A model generated the notes under the pieces. It saw only the letters and a list, made by a program, of their open reading frames with translations. It had not been told where the DNA came from and searched no databases. Position numbers and translations under genes: made by a program. Source: a virus. From it: a DNA stretch of 64,000 nucleotides. The stretch is taken from positions 32,001-96,000 of IMG/VR virus record IMGVR_UViG_3300045988_183505, one strand, 5' to 3'. Below are positions 24,123 through 32,806 of the stretch, piece by piece (the stretch's first letter is position 1; each line of letters starts with the position of its first letter).

Positions 24123-27100
24123 ATGTCAAAGCTAAGAGATGTTGGTAATCAGGAAGAAATGATGGCAAAAGACAAAGCCGAGGAACGCCGCATATTCAGA
24201 GAAATGCTTTCTGGTATGACAACGGCAGAACGTAATTCTCTGATTACAAAAGATAAGCTGTTCCCCCCGATTCACTATCAGGCAGAATCTGAAAAAGGCA
24301 AAGACAGAACCGTGCTGTATTTCATGAAAAAAGTACGTGATGCTCTGCCGCCCAGACCTAATATTCCCAACATTCCGTATGGTGCGTCAGCCGAAGCAAA
24401 AGAACAAATCATTCGTACTGCACAGGACAAATATATTGATATGATAAGCGGATATTGTGACCTTATCCAAGAACTCGATTCGCTTGAAGACTGTCGCAAT
24501 TTTCCTAATCGTGTAAAAGAAGAAGGCGTGTCTACCACTCTCCCTAAATCAAGGGACACATATAAATTGACAAAAGCAATCTGCTGTGCCAATGACACTG
24601 TTTCTTTGCGTAGGGAAAGCGAAAGAAAGCAGTTCTGCTTCACTCCAGAAGAAAAAGCACTCGCCGACTATCAGATTCTCACTTATAACGGAGAAAATGT
24701 AAAGGTCAAGCAAAATTACCGGAATGAAGATTATTTGCATATTTCAGGATTCGGGTATCGGCGTAGCATATTCAATGCTCCCCCTGAATTGCTGAATATG
24801 GATAATTGGAAAGAAGGTACTTCCTTTGCGTTCAACATAAAAAACAGTGAGATTATCGCTGTCAATTCTGAATCACAAGAAGCTGTACGAGAAAAAATCA
24901 TCGAATACGAATTTGCTAAAGCAGCCGCAGTGAAGGAAGCTAAAAAAGGGACTGGAACAAAACGCCTCATTCCTCCCCCTCTGAAACATATCCGTGAATC
25001 AGCGACAGACTATCGTGACAGCAAAGATGCAACACAGGAAGATTTGATGGCTACATTCCAATTGAAAGCAGTTGCATTCGGCAATTCCATGCCGAACGAT
25101 GAACGGCAAACACACGCAAATTTTTGCTATGACGCATTCAAAGACCTTGCCAAAGCGATGAATGTTGCTGATGAAGATATTGGCTTAGGCAATAGAATCG
25201 GAATGCAGTACGGAGCAAATGGCAGAGGTGGTAAAGGAGCGGCAGCTGCTCACTACTCTATTTATGCACACAACATCAACCTGACCCGAATGAGTGGTGC
25301 AGGAAGTCTGGCACATGAATGGGGACACGCTCTTGACCATTTTATCGGGGAACGCATCGAAACATTTGAAATTACCGCTTCGGAAGGAGCAGCAGACCAC
25401 TTCGATAGCAATAATCCGATGTGTGGTGTAATGCGTGCTATCAAATACAAAGAAGTTGATGGCAAAACCGTTCCTACAGATTACCTGAACGCAGCGAATG
25501 AGCTTGATGCCACTTATTCCAAAACCGGTAATGGTTACTGGAACAGCGATGTCGAACTTTTTGCAAGAGCCTTTTCCTGCTATGTCAAGGATAAGCTGTC
25601 TCCTGACAATTCTGATTATCTTTGCGGACACACTGACTGGTATGCTCAGGGAGAACAAGGCAAGGTTGCTGTAATGCCTCTTGGTGAAGAACGTCAGCAT
25701 ATCAATGAAGCGATTGATAAAATGCTGGAGACCTTAAAAGAAAGAGGAATCCTGCACGAACGTCCGGAACAGGATAAATCAAAAAGCTTCACCCCTCTGG
25801 AAGTTGAAGATGAGCCGAGGAAAAAGAGAGAACCGTCACATAAATCTGCATCTTCTACCCCGAAAGAAAAACCGGAGCAGTCATCAGAGGACAGCAAACA
25901 GCTTACTTTAGACGATATTGAAGGGCAAGAACCAGAAGCTCCCAGCACTGAGGCTGAGAACAATCTCCAGCAAGAGTTGGAAGAACTAAAATCAGTTCTG
26001 CAAGCGACAAATGATGCTAAAGAGCTGGCAATTGGTGATGTTGTTCGCATGGACGGCTACAAGGCATTGGATAACAAATTCAACCTTGTAGAAATTCCTA
26101 GTGCCTACGGTGTGGTTACAGAAGTGAGTGATGACCATATCTCCTTTGATACTTACAAGGATAAAGATGCAAAGGACTTTACTGGGAAAGAGACTATGTT
26201 CAGCACTGACGGCAATCCGTGGCAGCAACAGCTTGCCAGCCGTGGCTTTGAACTTGTTTCAAAAGCAGAACCGGTAAAAGAGGTTGAACAACAGGTCACA
26301 AAAGAAACAGAGACAGCAGAACCGGAAAAGAAAGAAGAACCAGTTATTACTCCCCCACCAACGGCAGAAGATACGAAAGGAGAAAATAGCGAGATGAAGG
26401 GAACGTTCCAGCATAATACAAATTTGGATATGCTGAAAGATACGCTGGAAAAGCATGAACCTTTTGTGGCGATTGCAGTAAGCACAACAGGAATTGACCG
26501 TAAAGATTTTTCAGGGCATGAGCCGATTCGTGTTGCAGTTGCTCGATACGAATATGACGAATCCGTAGCTGCTTATAAGCCAAGCCTTTCTTTTGATGAA
26601 CAGGTACTTGCAAATAAAGAAGCAATTCAGAATGCGGTCGATAACATAGAACACTACGATGTTTTCAAGAATGCAGGACTGGTTTTTCCGGAATACCGTG
26701 CGAATGCACTAAGCAAGGAAGATTTTCAGCAAAAGTTCAACAGCTTCATGCAGGCAATCAGTGATGATAAACCTCTTGTTATCGAAAATGGTAGCAGAGG
26801 ATTTGCAGCACAATATCTGGACAAAATCGGCTGTGCAGATACCCTGCATACTCTGGCAGAGGAACATCGTGTCATTCAGCAGACCGGTATCAATCAGGAA
26901 TATTTGCACACGATTAAGGGTAGCACATTGGAAGCCCTTCGTAATAAGATGAACAATACAGAAATTGAAGGCAAAATCATCGGTGCAGACAATCGTGTAC
27001 AGGTCATGGCTGAATGTGCTATTCAGTATGGCAGAGAGCAAAATGTACTGGAAAGCGATGTTCTCTCCCACCTCATGCAGGAAGACATTGAACGGAGAGA

Positions 27101-28766
27101 CGATTATTCCAGAAAAGGCGTAGAAAAATACCAGAACAGTGATATTGAAGGGAAATTTGCTACGCTTATTGAAATGGGTGCATTGAACGCAGATGCGGTC
27201 ATGGACAGAGACGGCGATTGCGACATCAACAAACTGTATGATGCTATGGAATCCAGTAAGGGCGTTATTGTGATGCAGGTAGCCACGACCGGCTTTGACC
27301 ATAATAAGCCAAGCCCTCAGCTGACAGGAGAACCGATTCAGATTACTGCTGCTGCCTACCCAATTGTCGATGGAAAAATCAATCCGGACGCTCCGGAAGA
27401 CAGCATTTCCTTTAACATTCAGGCATCTCCTCGTGCTGTAACCACGGCTATGCAACGTGCCGAACATGGTGGCTTTGACACATTCAAGGACGCAAAAATC
27501 AACACTTCTGAATATCTCAGCGGAAAAGGTGTTGTTTTGCAGGAAGATGCGGCGAAGAAAATCAACGAGTTTTTCCAGAAACATGATGATTACACCTTGA
27601 TTACCAATGGCAGTGCAAAAGGCTCTGATTACAGCTTTTCGCAGACTGCAATTTCCAACTTAGGAAATCTGCCGATGACACAGCAGAACTATGTGGATTT
27701 TACCCAAGCGGTAAAAGAATACAGCTATCAGCAGCTCCATAGTGATGCGATTCCGGAAAACGTAGCACTTGACCCGAACAATATTCAGAAATTTTCTCTG
27801 GGCGATATTGCAAAGAGCAATGGCGTACTGAATGTAGACGGAACACAGTACAAAGTTTACTTCATGGCACAGGTTGTAAGTAATGTAGCTGAACAGCATC
27901 GTGAGCTGACACAGCCAGAACAGGTACACACGCAAGAATCCCCTGCACAGGAAATTCCTACCGTACAGGAAACAGCCAAAGAAGTTGAACCGAACTTGTC
28001 TTCTGCTCCAGAAGCTCCTCAGAACACGCAGGAAGCCACACAGCCAACTTCTGAACCGCCACAGGTAAATCAGCCTGCTCCGGAAAAGCAGCCCTCTCCT
28101 GCCGCTGAAACACCTTTTATGGGCGTTCCAGAAAACACACCAGCAGCTGTACACGAACTGCCGACTGAAAAGCAGACTGATATTTCCAAGGACGACATTA
28201 CAGATGCACTTGATTCTGTCGCATTAGAGGGACAGGGTGTCGCTTATGACGAAGTAAGAGACGATGCAGAAAATGCGGAAAAATCTTCTCAAACAGCTCC
28301 GGAAATGCAAAGCAGTGGTTTTACCAATTCCGATGTCAGCAAGCTGATAGATGTTATTGCGGTTCAGAACACCGTACTCACCAAACAAAGTGAAGCATTG
28401 ATGGCACAAACCAATAAACTGGTAGAAGTAATGGAGACACAGAATCAAATGATACGTTCCATCATCGAGTTACAGCACAACAGCATGGGCATGGATAGAA
28501 CCCCTGTGCAGGAAGCCCCAGCCCCAATACATGAAGCGACTTCCGCAGACATTCCTGCTGCAAAAACTCCACAGGAAAAGCTTCGTGCTGTACAGGACGT
28601 GATAAGAGATGTTCGTAAGGAAATAAATTCTCCTTCCGGTTCTGTTGTTGACAAGGACATGAGCATCGTTTTGTCAAAGCTGTCTAATATGGCAAATAAT
28701 CTGGACAAGCAGGAACAGCAGCATAAAAAGTCTTCACCGCAGAAGGGCGTGGAGCAAGGAGCATAA
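24123..28766 (+). CDS. polyvalent-type giant protein: HEXXH zincin domain plus two degenerate DEDD-exonuclease-like modules plus a P/Q/E-rich linker
   Basis: 1547 aa. GAAAGGAG RBS. HEWGH at 25314-25328 with downstream ELFARAF gives the zincin arrangement H-E-x-x-H...E. The modules FVAIAVSTTGID...VIENGSRGFAAQYL and VIVMQVATTGFD...LITNGSAKGSDYSF follow the DnaQ-like layout (DxETTG...HNxxFD), but the acidic catalytic residues are replaced. Confidence 0.85.
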   Translation: MSKLRDVGNQEEMMAKDKAEERRIFREMLSGMTTAERNSLITKDKLFPPIHYQAESEKGKDRTVLYFMKKVRDALPPRPNIPNIPYGASAEAKEQIIRTAQDKYIDMISGYCDLIQELDSLEDCRNFPNRVKEEGVSTTLPKSRDTYKLTKAICCANDTVSLRRESERKQFCFTPEEKALADYQILTYNGENVKVKQNYRNEDYLHISGFGYRRSIFNAPPELLNMDNWKEGTSFAFNIKNSEIIAVNSESQEAVREKIIEYEFAKAAAVKEAKKGTGTKRLIPPPLKHIRESATDYRDSKDATQEDLMATFQLKAVAFGNSMPNDERQTHANFCYDAFKDLAKAMNVADEDIGLGNRIGMQYGANGRGGKGAAAAHYSIYAHNINLTRMSGAGSLAHEWGHALDHFIGERIETFEITASEGAADHFDSNNPMCGVMRAIKYKEVDGKTVPTDYLNAANELDATYSKTGNGYWNSDVELFARAFSCYVKDKLSPDNSDYLCGHTDWYAQGEQGKVAVMPLGEERQHINEAIDKMLETLKERGILHERPEQDKSKSFTPLEVEDEPRKKREPSHKSASSTPKEKPEQSSEDSKQLTLDDIEGQEPEAPSTEAENNLQQELEELKSVLQATNDAKELAIGDVVRMDGYKALDNKFNLVEIPSAYGVVTEVSDDHISFDTYKDKDAKDFTGKETMFSTDGNPWQQQLASRGFELVSKAEPVKEVEQQVTKETETAEPEKKEEPVITPPPTAEDTKGENSEMKGTFQHNTNLDMLKDTLEKHEPFVAIAVSTTGIDRKDFSGHEPIRVAVARYEYDESVAAYKPSLSFDEQVLANKEAIQNAVDNIEHYDVFKNAGLVFPEYRANALSKEDFQQKFNSFMQAISDDKPLVIENGSRGFAAQYLDKIGCADTLHTLAEEHRVIQQTGINQEYLHTIKGSTLEALRNKMNNTEIEGKIIGADNRVQVMAECAIQYGREQNVLESDVLSHLMQEDIERRDDYSRKGVEKYQNSDIEGKFATLIEMGALNADAVMDRDGDCDINKLYDAMESSKGVIVMQVATTGFDHNKPSPQLTGEPIQITAAAYPIVDGKINPDAPEDSISFNIQASPRAVTTAMQRAEHGGFDTFKDAKINTSEYLSGKGVVLQEDAAKKINEFFQKHDDYTLITNGSAKGSDYSFSQTAISNLGNLPMTQQNYVDFTQAVKEYSYQQLHSDAIPENVALDPNNIQKFSLGDIAKSNGVLNVDGTQYKVYFMAQVVSNVAEQHRELTQPEQVHTQESPAQEIPTVQETAKEVEPNLSSAPEAPQNTQEATQPTSEPPQVNQPAPEKQPSPAAETPFMGVPENTPAAVHELPTEKQTDISKDDITDALDSVALEGQGVAYDEVRDDAENAEKSSQTAPEMQSSGFTNSDVSKLIDVIAVQNTVLTKQSEALMAQTNKLVEVMETQNQMIRSIIELQHNSMGMDRTPVQEAPAPIHEATSADIPAAKTPQEKLRAVQDVIRDVRKEINSPSGSVVDKDMSIVLSKLSNMANNLDKQEQQHKKSSPQKGVEQGA

Positions 28767-28769
28767 ATA

Positions 28770-29687
28770 ATGGGCAAAAGTTTACAACTAAGCTATGACA
28801 GAGATGCACTGTGCAAGGCAATCCCTATAGAAGATGTGATTCAGCTGTATGCAGGAATCCGGACAGACCGGCGAGGCAACATTTCATGCCCATCTCCGAA
28901 CCATGCTGATAAGCACCCTTCCACTAAAATTTTTCATGATTCCAACACTTGCTTTTGTTTCAGCTGCAAAAAAAGTTATGACCCTGTTTCACTTGCATTT
29001 GACTACAATCCGAATTTAAGCACTCCGGAATTGTATAAGAAGCTAACCGAAGATTTCGGCATACCACTGGAATCCGTCAGCAATATTCAGCAGGTGCGAG
29101 AAGTGGAACAGGCGAACCGTGAAAAGCGGTTTATTGACGTATTTCCACTCAGCGTTTCTGAGTGCAAAAGAATCGGTCTTGATGGTGTTCTCGGTGCAGT
29201 GAAGCCAGATGAAAACAGAGAAGATGACGATAAACCGCCAGAAGTTCAGGAACGCTTTCCGTCTTTGATGGAACTCTGGAAAACAGAGAAAGCAGCCGTG
29301 GAATCTCTTTTAATTGCGAAGTGCGATGATACTTTGGACGACTTGAAAAGTGAATTGGACTGGAAAACAGAACACTTCCTAAGTGTCTATAAGGACTTTA
29401 CTCCGCACAGTGCAGATTTTCAGGAAGCACAAAGAATCCATGAGGCGGTAGAACGCTATAAATCGACCGACACTCCTGTCAAAGTGAATATGATGTCAAA
29501 GCATGATGACGCATTATATACAAAATACGCCTTTTTCAAGGACAGTGTTGATGATTTGAAACAGCTCCGTGCTGAAATGTCCAGTGTCCTCAGAATCAAG
29601 GAGAAAGTGTTGAGCCAGCAAAAGGAACGGCAAAAGGAGCAGTTCAAGGGATTTCATAAAAAGAAAACAACCGTAGAAAGGGACTAA
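28770..29687 (+). CDS. CHC2 (DnaG/primase-type) zinc-finger protein without a Toprim domain, ERD-type tail
   Basis: CPSPNHADKHPSTKIFHDSNTCFCFSCKKSYDPVSLAF matches the zf-CHC2 pattern (CPFH..EKTPS....F.CFGC). The remainder is acidic and helical. Ends ...HKKKTTVERD. Confidence 0.75.
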   Translation: MGKSLQLSYDRDALCKAIPIEDVIQLYAGIRTDRRGNISCPSPNHADKHPSTKIFHDSNTCFCFSCKKSYDPVSLAFDYNPNLSTPELYKKLTEDFGIPLESVSNIQQVREVEQANREKRFIDVFPLSVSECKRIGLDGVLGAVKPDENREDDDKPPEVQERFPSLMELWKTEKAAVESLLIAKCDDTLDDLKSELDWKTEHFLSVYKDFTPHSADFQEAQRIHEAVERYKSTDTPVKVNMMSKHDDALYTKYAFFKDSVDDLKQLRAEMSSVLRIKEKVLSQQKERQKEQFKGFHKKKTTVERD

Positions 29688-29691
29688 AAAC

Positions 29692-30738
29692 ATGAGTGGC
29701 TATGCAATAGACAGCAATGGCAATGCTGTTGCTATCAATAATGCAAAGCAAATACAGATGGTACAACCTTTGGAAAATCGCAGGAAGGAGCTGGTGAAAT
29801 ATGTTTATCAGCTCACTCCCCTGCTCCAGAGTGCAGGGTTGAATGTGAATACAAATCAGTTCACTTTGTTATTTTCTCCAAACGGCATACTCGAAAAAAT
29901 TGTGCTGTTTGCCAAAATACCATTACAGTCTAACAGCCCTTTAGTAAAGCAGGCTTTTGAAGCAAGTACCCATTATGATTATCCGTTTCAAAGCAATCAG
30001 CAGAAGGCTTTTCTAAAAAGCATTTATTGCATTCAGGTAAACTACAAACCAACATGGTGGTATGTTAGTGCCGAAGTTATTACGTTAGAACGGAATATCA
30101 TAGACGGCATTTGGATTTCTGCCAAAAAAGAAGCCTCTATCCCTTATTATGCGTTTCAATCGAAATACCAGCTGAAAAGTGTCGAACAGCCAATCCAGTC
30201 GCCGCAGACGTTCTGGTGTATATCTCTTACCGGAGAATCTTTACCAGACAACGTGAACGACCTGTTCCCACTCATGGCACAGATTCCAAGTAAAAGTACG
30301 ATACTTGCAGATGCAGTATCAAAAGTAAATCAGAACATCGGAATTTCTGCAAAGGATTCCAATAGCAATCAAATCTCCAGCTGTTTAAGGCTGATAAATT
30401 CACCTCTGAATGGCAAGATATATCCTTTGTACAAGGAACTGAAACAATTTATTTCCAGAACATATCCGTATGCAGATGATGAACACGGTGCATTTAACAT
30501 CTCTTACAAAGATGATGCAATCCGTTTCCAGTTGCAGGACGGACGAAAAGCAGAGATATTCGTCAAGGGTAATGCTTCATCTCCCACCTTTGTCTCTGGT
30601 GGATATACCGTAAAGGGCATATCTGCTATGGAAGAAGCAATCGCCAATGGCAACTGCTTCCGTAAGACAACATGGTTTGATGCTAAAGCAAGCCCTTATA
30701 TCCTGCGTAAACCACGAAAAGAAAATAAACCGAAGTAA
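29692..30738 (+). CDS. hypothetical protein
   Basis: 348 aa. It starts 4 nt after the upstream stop. No family recognised. Confidence 0.65.
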   Translation: MSGYAIDSNGNAVAINNAKQIQMVQPLENRRKELVKYVYQLTPLLQSAGLNVNTNQFTLLFSPNGILEKIVLFAKIPLQSNSPLVKQAFEASTHYDYPFQSNQQKAFLKSIYCIQVNYKPTWWYVSAEVITLERNIIDGIWISAKKEASIPYYAFQSKYQLKSVEQPIQSPQTFWCISLTGESLPDNVNDLFPLMAQIPSKSTILADAVSKVNQNIGISAKDSNSNQISSCLRLINSPLNGKIYPLYKELKQFISRTYPYADDEHGAFNISYKDDAIRFQLQDGRKAEIFVKGNASSPTFVSGGYTVKGISAMEEAIANGNCFRKTTWFDAKASPYILRKPRKENKPK

Positions 30739-30766
30739 ATCATACGAAATGAAAGAGGGTAACACA

Positions 30767-32806
30767 ATGGCAAATAAAAGTACCGCAGCCGATGAGAAAA
30801 AGTCATGGCTGAAAAAAATTCTGGAGAAGTTAAAAAAACTGGTTGAGCGAAGCAAAGCTCCCACCTTGTTCCAGAAGTATGAGGAAATCCAGAAGAACCT
30901 GAATGAAATGGTAGAACAAAATGAGGTCAGCACAGAAGCTCTGAAAGACTTGTATTCTATCACGGCAGAAATGGAAGGTAAACTCGGCGGCATGGAAGAA
31001 GAAGACAAGCAGACGCTTGAAACTGGTCTTAGCGACATAGAACAAAGCATGAAGGAAGAAGTTGCCAAGCATCATACTGAAATCACCGGAGACATTTGCC
31101 GAGCTTTGTCTGACGTGTCTGGCTTGGACTATGATGATGTGAAGCAGATGCTTTTCAATTCTGACGCTACACAAATTTTCACTTCCGGCACAGACACCTA
31201 CATCTCTTTGGAAAAACTCGGTTCTTTCAAGGCAAATGTTGTATTGGAAGAAGATGCAAGAAACGCCTTTGTGTTGTTTGAAAAAGCTGATATTCCGGAA
31301 AATGCACAGCAGTATCTCATGGAAAATGATACAGAAAGCACTTTGATTTCCGCACTGAACCAAACATACGCAGAAAAGGTGCGGTCTGACCGTGCAGCTG
31401 AACAGGCTACAGAAGGCATAGAAACTACATTGCCATCTGGGAAACAGCCAAGAGAACGAAAAACACGACTTGAAAGATTTCGTGACAAATATGCAAACAT
31501 GGCAGAAAATCAAGACACGTTCGTCATCAGCAAGCTGTTTGAGGACAACTCATTCCGTCTGAGATACCCTGATGGAAATATGCTTGTTGTTTCCAAGAAA
31601 GCAGAAGGCGAATATCGAACCAGCCTTTATCGTAACACCTCTCCTTCCCTGACAATCAATGGTGCTTCTTCTGAAATTGGTGTCTGGAAAAGCGAAAACG
31701 GCAGAATCTCTGCCAACTTTACTTTGCCAAATGAGCCGTCAGTCAGCATCTTGTTCCATTCCGCAGAGATGAAAGAATATCTCCAGACTATCGGTGTGCC
31801 GAAAGATATGATTCAGCAGCTGTCTGACAATACATCTAACGGCAAATCGGAACGTGTCAACAAGGCTGATTTTGAGAAGGTGCAGAAATTATATGACACT
31901 ATCAGAGATTCCTTCGATAACGGCGTAAATCAAATGGGCGAGGTCGTAGCAGACCATTGCCTTTCTATGCACCACCCCACATTTGGCAAGGGACATACCT
32001 ATATCAATCTCAAACCAGAAGGAGTTTTGAGAGATGTGCTTTCAATTGGATTTGACAGAAATGGTACTCCTACAACTCTGAATTATAAGCCTAATGCCAA
32101 TGGACGGTTTGAGCCAATATACAATTTGATTACAAATGACTTTGTTGGTGAAGCTGGTGCAAAGCTGTACGGTACAAATCCTGACTTCCACAGAGCTATG
32201 CAGCGGATTATCAAATCAATAGATAAAACCAGTGCATATCAGGCAGCATCTCTGCCGAATCCGAAAGCGGAAGAAATGAAGCGTGCCGGTGATGTAGTGA
32301 GCCGTTCTTTCCAGAGCAAAAGTAAATATTCTGCCCTCAATCAGGAACGTACCGGCGTAATGCAGGAATGGTACAAGGCAGCTATCTTAATGGGTGCTGC
32401 TACAGAACTCGGAGACACTGCGTTGAGAAATTCTGCAATGCAGATTATGCAGAATGTTGTAGAGGGACACACCGGAAGTCAAAATGGATTCAAAAACATG
32501 GTAGAGCTTATGGAGAAATCCGAAACCTACAAAATGGAGATGGCTCGTTTTCAGGCAAAAGATTTGAAGGAAATCTTTTCACAGGACTGCACACAGGAAA
32601 TGCGTGGCAGCAAAGATAACAACACTCTTTTTCAGGACGCAATCCGCAATTTGGCTGGCAGAATCGGCGGTGCAGAAGCTATGACTGCTATTGCCGCTGC
32701 ACAGCACTTTCAGCAGGAACAGGTTGAAAAAGAATTGCAGGCACAGAAACAGGAGCGGAAGCCGAAAAAGAGCTACGGTAAATCAGGAAGTGAGGAAAGA
32801 ACATAA
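30767..32806 (+). CDS. large hypothetical protein, ERD-like tail
   Basis: The start is refined to ATG 30767 (GAAAGAGGG about 8 nt upstream); the track ORF begins at 30647 inside the previous gene. Ends ...KPKKSYGKSGSEERT. Confidence 0.7.
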   Translation: MANKSTAADEKKSWLKKILEKLKKLVERSKAPTLFQKYEEIQKNLNEMVEQNEVSTEALKDLYSITAEMEGKLGGMEEEDKQTLETGLSDIEQSMKEEVAKHHTEITGDICRALSDVSGLDYDDVKQMLFNSDATQIFTSGTDTYISLEKLGSFKANVVLEEDARNAFVLFEKADIPENAQQYLMENDTESTLISALNQTYAEKVRSDRAAEQATEGIETTLPSGKQPRERKTRLERFRDKYANMAENQDTFVISKLFEDNSFRLRYPDGNMLVVSKKAEGEYRTSLYRNTSPSLTINGASSEIGVWKSENGRISANFTLPNEPSVSILFHSAEMKEYLQTIGVPKDMIQQLSDNTSNGKSERVNKADFEKVQKLYDTIRDSFDNGVNQMGEVVADHCLSMHHPTFGKGHTYINLKPEGVLRDVLSIGFDRNGTPTTLNYKPNANGRFEPIYNLITNDFVGEAGAKLYGTNPDFHRAMQRIIKSIDKTSAYQAASLPNPKAEEMKRAGDVVSRSFQSKSKYSALNQERTGVMQEWYKAAILMGAATELGDTALRNSAMQIMQNVVEGHTGSQNGFKNMVELMEKSETYKMEMARFQAKDLKEIFSQDCTQEMRGSKDNNTLFQDAIRNLAGRIGGAEAMTAIAAAQHFQQEQVEKELQAQKQERKPKKSYGKSGSEERT

